This document shows positions 20,433-27,630 of a DNA stretch of 42,096 nucleotides, piece by piece. The stretch lies in the IMG/VR virus record IMGVR_UViG_3300045988_168302, positions 1-42,096 of that record; one strand, 5' to 3'. Each line of letters opens with the position of its first letter. Position 1 is the first letter of the stretch. The position numbers and the translations under genes were made by a program. Below the pieces are notes generated by a model. It was not told where the DNA came from. It was given only the letters and a program-made list of their open reading frames with translations, and made no database searches. Source of the DNA: a virus.

Positions 20433-20523
20433 AAGGCTAAAGTCTTGATGATTTACAGATTTATTAAGTTTTTATAACTATAATCTATAAATTTTATCGA
20501 CACTTTAGCCTTTATTTTTTTAC
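20433..20523 (+). terminator. Long composite hairpin with a perfect 11-bp outer stem (aaggctaaagt / actttagcctt), followed by a T-run.
   Basis: Inverted repeat 20433..20443 / 20502..20512, then tattttttt. Confidence 0.45.
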
Positions 20524-20557
20524 ATATAATCGTAACTGTAGAAATGAGGTGGAGCAA

Positions 20558-21061
20558 ATGTTTGAGAATACACCATATTTTGGCGGTATGAATGGAACAT
20601 ATTATAATTCAAATTTTCAGCAACCACAACGGATAAATCAAGGCTATATGCAAACAAATAATCCATATGCATATAACACTCAACTTAATAATCAGAATAA
20701 TAACAATAATTCTAATCCTAATCAAATGATGATACAACCTGCATTTACATTAAAAGGCAGAGTAGTAACAAATGCAGAGGAAGTAAAAGCAATATTGATT
20801 GAGCCTGATGGAAATATTTATTATTTCCCTTGCCCAGCAGAAAACTGCATTTATACAAAAACCATAGATATGAATGCACAATCTATTATTAATGTCTACA
20901 GACTAGGAGAAAATAAATTACCAGTTTATGCAGATACTAATAGCGTAAAAGATTTAGAAAATAGAATTGCAAATTTAGAAAATTATATAAAGGGTGGTAT
21001 GCAAAATGTTGAATCCAATGCAAATAATGGGCCTAATGAACCAACTAAGGGGCAACAGTAA
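20558..21061 (+). CDS. Q/N-rich protein with a prion-like N-terminus and a globular C-terminal domain.
   Basis: RBS gaggtgg with 5-nt spacing to ATG 20558. The N-terminal ~60 aa are Q/N/Y-rich. Confidence 0.5.
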   Translation: MFENTPYFGGMNGTYYNSNFQQPQRINQGYMQTNNPYAYNTQLNNQNNNNNSNPNQMMIQPAFTLKGRVVTNAEEVKAILIEPDGNIYYFPCPAENCIYTKTIDMNAQSIINVYRLGENKLPVYADTNSVKDLENRIANLENYIKGGMQNVESNANNGPNEPTKGQQ

Positions 21062-21239
21062 TCCAATGCAAATGTTACAGGGCATGTATGGAAACAATCC
21101 TAGATTTTCCCAAGTCATGCAAATGACACAAGGGAAAAGCCCTGAACAGTTAAGACAAATTTTTATGCAGACTGCTCAACAGCAGGGAATACCAATGGGA
21201 CAAGTAAATCAACTTCTTGGACAACTTGGTATCAAATAA
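21006..21239 (+). CDS. M/Q-rich small protein with NPMQM repeats. It overlaps the end of the previous gene.
   Basis: ggtggt RBS 7 nt before ATG 21006. The composition is low complexity. Confidence 0.35.
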   Translation: MLNPMQIMGLMNQLRGNSNPMQMLQGMYGNNPRFSQVMQMTQGKSPEQLRQIFMQTAQQQGIPMGQVNQLLGQLGIK

Positions 21240-21308
21240 CTTTTGATTAAAATTTTAAGCTGTGCACACTTAAATTTTTAAAAATAAAAAATAATGAGGT
21301 GTATCAAA

Positions 21309-21938
21309 ATGTCTGATATGACAAATAGTGGCGGTGGAGTAATTCCTGTTTATAACATGCCAAACAATGATGGAATGGGTGGAAGTATTTGGGTATTACT
21401 TCTAGTTATTCTCTTATGTGGCGGTGGTCTTTTTGGTGGTTTTGGCGGTGTGAATAGTGGCGTAAATACTATTAACAACGACTTCATTTATAGCAACTTA
21501 AGTAATTCCTTAAATACTGGATTTACACAGGTAGCTAATAACCAATTCCAGACACAAAGAGATATTATGCAAACAGGTGCAAACTTACAAATGCAGATTG
21601 CACAAAACGGCTTTAATGCTCAACAATGCTGTTGCGAAACCCAAAGAAACATTGATAATGTAAGATTTGAAAATGCTCAAAACACTTGTGCAATTACTAC
21701 AAATGCAACAAATAATACACAGAAAATTTTAGATAAACTTTGTGATATGGAAAGAGGCGCACTTCAGACAGAAAATGCAAATCTTAGAACTGCTCTCGCA
21801 CAGGCTAATGGACAGCTTAGCCAATTATCTCAAACAGCAAGTATTGTTTCTCAAATCGCACCAAGACCAATTCCTGCTGTTATCGCACAGAATCCAAATT
21901 ATTGTTATTATGGCAATAATAGTGGATATTTCAACTAA
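21309..21938 (+). CDS. Membrane protein with a Gly-zipper TM segment (YjcZ-like GGxxWVLLLVILLCGGGLFGGFGG), a Q/N-rich region and a YCYYGNNSGYFN tail.
   Basis: RBS gaggtg 8 nt before ATG 21309. One TM helix. Terminator follows at 21962..21991. Confidence 0.5.
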   Translation: MSDMTNSGGGVIPVYNMPNNDGMGGSIWVLLLVILLCGGGLFGGFGGVNSGVNTINNDFIYSNLSNSLNTGFTQVANNQFQTQRDIMQTGANLQMQIAQNGFNAQQCCCETQRNIDNVRFENAQNTCAITTNATNNTQKILDKLCDMERGALQTENANLRTALAQANGQLSQLSQTASIVSQIAPRPIPAVIAQNPNYCYYGNNSGYFN

Positions 21939-21961
21939 ACAAATTGTGCATAGATTGCACC

Positions 21962-21991
21962 AAAAGAGCGGAGCAATTCCGCTCTTTTTTT
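21962..21991 (+). terminator. Rho-independent terminator.
   Basis: agagcgga-gcaat-tccgctct followed by ttttttt. Confidence 0.8.
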
Positions 21992-22008
21992 GAAGGGAGA
22001 AAAAGACA

Positions 22009-22440
22009 ATGACTTGTTATCGAAAATCTACATTAAACGCAATAAATACAACAGCACAGGCTTTGACTGCAAATAGTTTAGTAGCTTTCAATAGTGCTAA
22101 TGTTACAGGTCAAAGCATTGCATTCACAGCAGGAACTACTCCAGCAGTATTACAAAAAGCAGGGCTTTATTTAGTAACAGTTAATGCAAATCTTTTGGGG
22201 ACTGCTGCTGGACCTGTAACCTTACAATTATTAAACAATAACAATGCTATAGCAGGTGCTAGTGCTACAGTAACAACAGCAGACGCAACAGAATATACAG
22301 CAAGTATTATAACAGTAATTGAAGTCCCTTGCTCTTGCCCATGCACACCTACAGCAAATAACGTAAGCTTGCAATTACAAGTACAGACAACAGGTGTTAC
22401 AGTAAACAGCGTAGATTTAGTAGCAGTGAAATTAGCGTGA
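22009..22440 (+). CDS. BclA C-terminal-domain-like (TNF/C1q-like jelly-roll) protein without collagen repeats.
   Basis: The pattern FNSANVTGQSIAFTAG..LQKAGLYLVTVNANLLG..TLQLLNNNNAIAGASATVTTADATEYTASIITVIEV..VSLQLQV..VAVKL parallels the C-terminal domain of exosporium BclA. Confidence 0.5.
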   Translation: MTCYRKSTLNAINTTAQALTANSLVAFNSANVTGQSIAFTAGTTPAVLQKAGLYLVTVNANLLGTAAGPVTLQLLNNNNAIAGASATVTTADATEYTASIITVIEVPCSCPCTPTANNVSLQLQVQTTGVTVNSVDLVAVKLA

Positions 22441-22449
22441 GGTGGCATC

Positions 22450-22914
22450 ATGAAAATAAATTGTGAGAAAATCTATGAAGAACTTTTAGAAGACGATTAT
22501 AAAAAAGAAGAAGTGATCGAGCTGTCTTGCAAAATGCTACGTATGCTTAAACATTTTGATGAAGGCACTTATAATCGCATTAGTTTAAAAATGCACGTAT
22601 TGAAATACGGAAAACATTTTTGCGAAAACATGGCCAAAGAAGCTGTAGAATGTATGAAGCACTTTGATGGTTCTTATGGTGAACATTGGAGCGTAGAACA
22701 AACTACAAATTTAGCAACACAAAATAATATAAATACAAATAAATGGGATTGGTATTATCTTTTAAATATGCTGTATTCTGACGCAGGCAATGTATTTAAA
22801 AATGATATACGAACTTATGTAGATTTTGCCAAAGCTGTATATCTCAATGATGTTGATGGTGAAGAAGGAAAAATCTTTGATGAGTATATAGCAAAAAATT
22901 ATATTATTTATTAA
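22450..22914 (+). CDS. Hypothetical protein.
   Basis: RBS gaggtgg. 154 aa. Confidence 0.5.
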   Translation: MKINCEKIYEELLEDDYKKEEVIELSCKMLRMLKHFDEGTYNRISLKMHVLKYGKHFCENMAKEAVECMKHFDGSYGEHWSVEQTTNLATQNNINTNKWDWYYLLNMLYSDAGNVFKNDIRTYVDFAKAVYLNDVDGEEGKIFDEYIAKNYIIY

Positions 22915-23002
22915 AAAAACTCTTGCTTTTTTTAGTGAGATTTTGGAAATTTAATACAGTAAGGTTAAAACCGCTACTAATAACTTAATATTGGTGGCGG
23001 TT
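22913..23002 (+). promoter_or_regulatory. Copy 1 of a ~90-bp repeated element, with a 14-bp stem-loop (two U-G wobble pairs, plus strand only) and a T-run. It lies directly upstream of gene 23028.
   Basis: Near-identical to 37303..37392. The stem is aaccgctactaata-acttaa-tattggtggcggtt. Confidence 0.6.
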
Positions 23003-23027
23003 ATTTTATTTAGATAGGAGTGATACT

Positions 23028-23771
23028 ATGTTAAACAATCAACTTGTACTGAAATATGAAGCAGGTGGCAATCCTGCAACTGTAAGTACAGGAAGCGGAG
23101 ATTTAGGCGGTAAATCTTATGGAAGATATCAATTTTCAAGTACAGCTGGTGTAGTTGAAAACTTTGTTGAATGGCTGTGCAATTATCCTGAAGCTTGCTA
23201 TGCAAATTATGGTAGAGTCTTAAAAAATGCCTATCCAGTTAATTCAAGTGGATTTATAAATGAATGGAAATCTATCGGTACAATAGATGCCGAAGGTTTT
23301 GGCAAATTGCAAGACGAATATGCAGGCGATATGTACTATAATGTAGGCTATTTTAATTTATTAAATGGCGGATATGATATCACCAAACACAATGAAACCA
23401 TGAAAGCGGTATTATTCAGTCGTGCCATTCAATATGGCCCAGCAAATATGTGTGAACTTTGGACAGAAGCAGTAAGACTTATGGGACACCCAGAAATTAG
23501 CTGGGTAGATGATAAATGCTTTGATAGGGAAATGATTGAATGCATATATAATTTTCTGATCCAAGAATGTGATAATGCATATTTAACTTCTAAAGGTACT
23601 TATCATAGCCCTAAAGATTGGGCAAATGGTAGCTATGACGTAGTAAAAATAGGGCTTAGAAATCGTTTTATAAATGAAAAGGCTGATGCATTAAAACTAC
23701 TTGAAGATGAGGGTTTTGAAAAAAATAAAAATATAAAATCTAGTAAAGCCTTACCAATAAAGGATTTTTAG
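23028..23771 (+). CDS. Putative lysozyme-like peptidoglycan hydrolase (GH108-like motif), a candidate endolysin.
   Basis: KYEAGGNPATVSTGSGDLGGKSYGRYQF resembles the GH108 signature EGGYvnDpnDpGGeTkyGI. The later LFSRAIQYGPANMCELWTEAV corresponds to LFDFAVNaGvgrAakfLQ. Preceded by the repeated regulatory element. Confidence 0.35.
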   Translation: MLNNQLVLKYEAGGNPATVSTGSGDLGGKSYGRYQFSSTAGVVENFVEWLCNYPEACYANYGRVLKNAYPVNSSGFINEWKSIGTIDAEGFGKLQDEYAGDMYYNVGYFNLLNGGYDITKHNETMKAVLFSRAIQYGPANMCELWTEAVRLMGHPEISWVDDKCFDREMIECIYNFLIQECDNAYLTSKGTYHSPKDWANGSYDVVKIGLRNRFINEKADALKLLEDEGFEKNKNIKSSKALPIKDF

Positions 23772-23902
23772 ATTTTAGCTTATTTAAAATACCAGGTATT
23801 TTTATAGTTGTATGCATGTAGTATTTTGAAATTAGATTGCAGAATTTTTCCAGGATATTTTCTGCATGCAACGGTTAATTAATAAATAAAATTTCAATAT
23901 TA

Positions 23903-23945
23903 GTAGATAATTGGAAAGTAATTAGAAAGTAAATGGAAAGTAAAG
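23903..23945 (+). repeat. Iteron-like direct repeats (GTAGATAATTGGAAAGTAA, then GAAAGTAA x3 with 11-bp period).
   Basis: GAAAGTAA at 23914, 23925 and 23936. A second array lies at 24345..24427. Confidence 0.6.
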
Positions 23946-23957
23946 GAGAAAAATTAA

Positions 23958-24341
23958 ATGTATGATAATTGGAAAGAAATGTTTGAAAAATATTCGAAAG
24001 TAGATTTTGATACAAAAATACGAGATTGGGCAAGATATTATTATTATGATCCAAGTGAAGAGATAAAAGCAAACTTTATACCTGAAGATTTAACAGTTAA
24101 AGATGTTATCGTTACTCTATTAAATAAAGAAGATATCTATGAAAAAATAATGGATGATGATGATTGTTTAGTAGAAATACTACTAGAATGTATAAGAGAA
24201 CTATTAACTAATAGTACAAATGCAGTTCAAAAACTTATAGATGAAATAGAAAAAGAGGAAAAAGAAATTACTGAGGAAGTCCGCAGACAAATTGAAGAAG
24301 AAAAGAGACTAAAAAATAATCAGCAAATGACCAGCAAATAA
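23958..24341 (+). CDS. Hypothetical acidic protein.
   Basis: RBS aaaggag. 127 aa. Confidence 0.5.
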   Translation: MYDNWKEMFEKYSKVDFDTKIRDWARYYYYDPSEEIKANFIPEDLTVKDVIVTLLNKEDIYEKIMDDDDCLVEILLECIRELLTNSTNAVQKLIDEIEKEEKEITEEVRRQIEEEKRLKNNQQMTSK

Positions 24342-24344
24342 ACG

Positions 24345-24427
24345 GTAGATAATTGGAAGGTATTTGGAAAGTAAAAGTCTATAAACCGTATCATTAAAGG
24401 ATTTAATTGGATGGTAATTGGAAGGTT
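24345..24427 (+). repeat. Second iteron-like array: GTAGATAATTGGAAGGTA, then GAAAGTAA, then AATTGGATGGTAATTGGAAGG with 11-bp phasing.
   Basis: A 16-bp near-identical copy of the repeat at 23903. AATTGGA occurs at 24404 and 24415. Confidence 0.55.
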
Positions 24428-24447
24428 TTAAAAAGGAGTAATGAAAG

Positions 24448-24684
24448 ATGTTAGTAAAAATTATTAGTACAAAAAAATTACCTGAAAAAGTAGTGGCATA
24501 TATTAAAAACGTATATAAAACCAATACCCAAAATGTTAATAGTGCATTACTTGATATCAATGACAAATTTAACTTACAAGGTGATGAAAGATATTTGACC
24601 ATGGGACATAGTGAGCATGGTGATGTAATTTATTTCTGTGAACAGCGTGCAGAAAATAAAGTTATTGAAGAATTTGAAGTGTGA
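24448..24684 (+). CDS. Hypothetical protein.
   Basis: RBS aaggag. 78 aa. Confidence 0.5.
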   Translation: MLVKIISTKKLPEKVVAYIKNVYKTNTQNVNSALLDINDKFNLQGDERYLTMGHSEHGDVIYFCEQRAENKVIEEFEV

Positions 24685-25121
24685 TGATAAATGTGTTTAG
24701 TAAAATTAAAAACTTTATCCAGGAACATAAAAAAATGTGCTGTGTTTTTTTGCTTGTGCTGTGTATTTGCTTTGCCTACTGGTTACTGTTCGCAAACGTA
24801 TACGATAACACAGGAACAGCTAACGACGCTAGAAACCAACTTAATACAGCTCAAGAAGAACAACAGCGAGCTACAGAATCTATTGAACAAATCCAATCAG
24901 GAATTGATGACAGCATCGAAACAGTCGGAAGTATTGAACAGTCAAATAACGAAGCTAAAGACACAGCTGATGACATCACAGACACAAATACAAACATTAA
25001 CACAGCAATTACAAACGCTCAAGACTCAATCACAGCAGGCACAGGACTCATTGACGATAGCCAGCGAAGAATTGAACAAAGTCTCACAATCATTGAAGAT
25101 ATCCGAGCAGGAGCAAAATAA
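24684..25121 (+). CDS. Frame-1 product of the AC-rich segment: N-terminal TM anchor plus acidic coiled-coil domain, i-spanin-like architecture.
   Basis: ATG 24684 overlaps the upstream stop as TGATG. The TM segment is CCVFLLVLCICFAYWLLF. Third-position composition resembles the rest of the genome more than frame 2 does. Confidence 0.4.
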   Translation: MINVFSKIKNFIQEHKKMCCVFLLVLCICFAYWLLFANVYDNTGTANDARNQLNTAQEEQQRATESIEQIQSGIDDSIETVGSIEQSNNEAKDTADDITDTNTNINTAITNAQDSITAGTGLIDDSQRRIEQSLTIIEDIRAGAK

Positions 25122-25182
25122 ACTTAAAAAACAAAGGCTATTATGGCAAATAATAGCAGGAACATTATTGATATTTAAATAA
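24691..25182 (+). CDS. Frame-2 product of the same segment: signal-peptide-like N-terminus, heptad Leu coiled coil and a C-terminal TM anchor.
   Basis: 163 codons open in a second frame. The coiled coil has regular heptads (LTTLETNLIQLKK..LQTLKTQ). It ends with the TM segment LLWQIIAGTLLIF. Third positions are G-rich and atypical for this genome. Confidence 0.35.
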   Translation: MCLVKLKTLSRNIKKCAVFFCLCCVFALPTGYCSQTYTITQEQLTTLETNLIQLKKNNSELQNLLNKSNQELMTASKQSEVLNSQITKLKTQLMTSQTQIQTLTQQLQTLKTQSQQAQDSLTIASEELNKVSQSLKISEQEQNKLKKQRLLWQIIAGTLLIFK

Positions 25183-25208
25183 AAAAGAGCTTTCGTAGCT
25201 CTTTTTTT
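25181..25208. terminator. Bidirectional rho-independent terminator.
   Basis: aaaaaa-gagct-ttcgt-agctc-ttttttt. Confidence 0.75.
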
Positions 25209-25256
25209 ATTTAAATCAACGTTCCGAACATTAAAAATAAAATCGATGAGTAAAAG

Positions 25257-25289
25257 AAAAAAAGACTACCTTATTTGGTAGTCTTTTTT
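25257..25289. terminator. Bidirectional terminator at the 3' end of the minus-strand gene.
   Basis: aaaaaagactacc-ttattt-ggtagtctttttt. The stop codon of the minus gene lies in the loop. Confidence 0.75.
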
Positions 25290-26824
25290 ACTCTAGTACA
25301 CCCACATGATTTACTATAACCATTAATTACATAAGATTTATTGAATTCCTTTATATTGCCACAATCACATTTACAGACAACTCTATTTTTACCTAGTTCT
25401 TTTATAATGGTGAGATGATTAAATTTTTGCCCTGTTCTATCTATAATACTTTTTGTTTTCCTCAAACATCCGCATGATTTTGTATGACCGTTAATAACGT
25501 TGTTTTTTGCTGTTTCAATGATATTCCCACAATCGCAACGACAACGAACTTTTGTTGTATTATATCCTTTAGAGTCTTTTACGTAAAATTCTTCTAATAC
25601 AGTAAGGGAATTAAATTTTTTACCTATTATATTTTCTGTAATGCGTTTTATTTTTATGGTTTTATAAGGGCAGTTTTTATCACCACAATATTTTTTTTCC
25701 TCTAAAATCACATCTTGTTTTTTAGCTTCAACAATGTTGCCACAATCACAACGGCAAATAACTTTTGTCTTATAACCACCATTTTCCTTTATAATGGTGA
25801 GGTGATTAAATTTTTTACCTATATAAGATTTAATTTTAGGGCCTCTAGTTATGCATCCACAAGATTTTGTGTTGCCACTAACTATTGTTGATTTTTTTAA
25901 TATTTTTACGTTTCCACAATCACATTTACAAAGAACTTTATCGCCGCCTAGCTCTTCTAATATAGTGAGCATGTTAAATTTCTTACCTACATAAGATTTA
26001 CGAACTTGTGTTTTTTTATTAGCAAAATAGTTTCTTATAATAGGAAGGAAATATTTCTTTTCTGCTTCTTTTCGAGCTTTAATGGCTTCTTCTTTAGTAT
26101 CAAATTTCCCTAAAGAAATTAAAGTATTACTGATACCAATTTTAGCCTCCCATTTATTCAATTTAGGGCGGAAAAATACTCCGTTTATTCCGCTTTTATT
26201 ATTTTTAGCAAGCTTCCTATTGCTTATAAGCTTTATATTAGTACAACGTATACTAAATTTTTTTAAACCATTATGCATTTTATCTGTTCTGGATTTATTA
26301 GCGCATAAATTACATGAGGTGGATTTATGATGTGTTAAATTTGCTGTTAAAACTATTGTTGTATTACCACAACTACATTTGCATAACCATTTTACTGGCT
26401 TATTTTGTATTTTTTTTATAACTGTAAGATTGCCAAAAACTTTTCCTGTTAAATCAATAAAGTTCGGATTTTCTTTAGAAATACATCCACAGTCTTTTAT
26501 TGAACCATTAATCACACGGTCTTTTCTTAAAATTTTTTCATTGCCACAATCACAACGGCAAAGAATTTTGTTTTCTCCAAGTTCTTTAATAATGGTAAGA
26601 TGATTGAATTTTTCTCCTTCTTTATTATCGATTTTGTATTGTCCACTATTAATAAATTCATAACGTTTGCACCCACAGGATTTTGTTTTTCCTGTTTTAA
26701 CTTTATATTTATCGTATTCCTTAACTGTTCCACAATCACAGCGACAAATAATTCTATTATTACCTAATTCTTTTATAACTGTAAGATAGTTAAATTTCTG
26801 TCCTGTTAAATCTATAAATTTCAA
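25271..26824 (-). CDS. Protein of about eight tandem Cys-rich modules ([F]xxLTVIKELGxNKxxCxCDCGNxK...GxTKSCGC) around a central AP2/ERF-type DNA-binding domain.
   Basis: The AP2 consensus SGINGVFFRPKLNKWEAKIGI..SLGKFDTKEEAIKARKEA lies at about 26050..26210. TTG start at 26824 has a perfect SD aaggagtg 6 nt upstream. The in-frame ATG at 26878 has no SD. Confidence 0.65.
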   Translation of the reverse strand: MKFIDLTGQKFNYLTVIKELGNNRIICRCDCGTVKEYDKYKVKTGKTKSCGCKRYEFINSGQYKIDNKEGEKFNHLTIIKELGENKILCRCDCGNEKILRKDRVINGSIKDCGCISKENPNFIDLTGKVFGNLTVIKKIQNKPVKWLCKCSCGNTTIVLTANLTHHKSTSCNLCANKSRTDKMHNGLKKFSIRCTNIKLISNRKLAKNNKSGINGVFFRPKLNKWEAKIGISNTLISLGKFDTKEEAIKARKEAEKKYFLPIIRNYFANKKTQVRKSYVGKKFNMLTILEELGGDKVLCKCDCGNVKILKKSTIVSGNTKSCGCITRGPKIKSYIGKKFNHLTIIKENGGYKTKVICRCDCGNIVEAKKQDVILEEKKYCGDKNCPYKTIKIKRITENIIGKKFNSLTVLEEFYVKDSKGYNTTKVRCRCDCGNIIETAKNNVINGHTKSCGCLRKTKSIIDRTGQKFNHLTIIKELGKNRVVCKCDCGNIKEFNKSYVINGYSKSCGCTRVKKTTK

Positions 26825-26904
26825 ATTACTCACTCCTTGATAGATAATCAAAGATAAGCTATAATATTTACAGCTCATCTGATTAATAGAAACATTAGAT
26901 GTAA

Positions 26905-26941
26905 GGGCATTTACTAGGGCATTAGTAAATGCTCTTTTTTT
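26905..26941 (+). terminator. Hairpin gcatttacta-gggcat-tagtaaatgc followed by a T-run, with the conserved loop AGGGCATT.
   Basis: 10-bp perfect stem followed by tcttttttt. Confidence 0.6.
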
Positions 26942-27079
26942 ATTATATCACTTTATTTACCTAAATAATACTATAAAAATAATATAAAATCAATATAATT
27001 ATAGAATATAATAATTATAAAAATGATATAAAAACACTTAAATAAAAGAAAAAGCCGATATTTTGATATCGACTTTAGT

Positions 27080-27108
27080 TTGACAATATATTTAATTTAA
27101 TATATTAT
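27080..27108 (+). promoter_or_regulatory. Sigma70-like promoter, TTGACA-17-TATTAT, pointing into the noncoding structured region.
   Basis: Perfect -35 and near-consensus -10 with 17-nt spacing. No ORF lies downstream before 28010. Confidence 0.5.
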
Positions 27109-27112
27109 AAAG

Positions 27113-27630
27113 GTGTAAATAATTTGACAATTTAATAAAAAGTTTTTAGAAATAAAAAAGACCAAACGTGTTACCAGCACGATTGGTCTTGCCGAACAAC
27201 CTACCACTAATAAGTTGTCCGAGTAAATTTCTAAACTCATTATAGGCAATTTTAAACGATATGTCAACGATATATCGCAAATTTTAATGATTTTAGGTAG
27301 GAATAGTAGGCACATTTACATTTTTCCCATGTGGGAATGATGATAAATGTGTTTTTTTAGTATCTAAAATCAGGTATGGGAATAAACCATATCAGCGTGC
27401 CATGATGCTTATTCATGGAAAGCGAGAGCTACACTTGGCAAGGTGTATAAACTAGGATTGCAGAAAGTAATCCACTGTATCGTCAGCAGAGGCAGGGAAA
27501 TCGGCGGGGCATTTGGATATATTCTACTATCCAAATTTACCTAAGAGGGCGGAATGTCGTTAAACTCCCTTAATAAGCCTAACCTATTATATAAATTGCA
27601 AATCAGAGCCGTTTTAAGGCTCTTTTTTTA
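27113..27630 (+). ncRNA. Candidate structured noncoding RNA of about 0.5 kb, promoter-driven and terminated at 27603..27630. Its class is unknown.
   Basis: No plausible ORF. GC content is well above the genome background. Multiple hairpins (27160..27195, 27524..27549). Terminator agagcc-gttttaa-ggctct-ttttttt. Confidence 0.35.

Noticed and set aside
21261-21279. Near-palindrome TTAAGcTGTGCACAcTTAA upstream of gene 21309 and GTGCAtagatTGCAC at 21946.
   Set aside because: Both are short, imperfect and not repeated elsewhere with the same spacing. They may be operator-like, but the evidence is too thin to call.
21742-21993. 83-aa plus-strand ORF overlapping the 3' half of gene 21309..21938.
   Set aside because: It is an alternative frame of a Q/N-rich low-complexity gene. 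It runs through the terminator hairpin and has no RBS.
26082-26739. Plus-strand ORFs 26082..26330 and 26379..26603, and the minus ORF 26527..26739, inside the Cys-repeat/AP2 gene.
   Set aside because: They are embedded in or antisense to a gene with strong domain evidence, and they have no RBS.
25271-26878. A possible CRISPR array, suggested by nucleotide-level tandem periodicity in this interval.
   Set aside because: The periodicity (~140 nt) comes from coding repeats of a protein. The repeats are imperfect, there is no repeat-spacer structure, and no cas genes are present.
27097-27315. 72-aa minus-strand ORF inside the structured noncoding region.
   Set aside because: It has no SD and an implausible composition. 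It overlaps a promoter and hairpins that read better as an RNA element.
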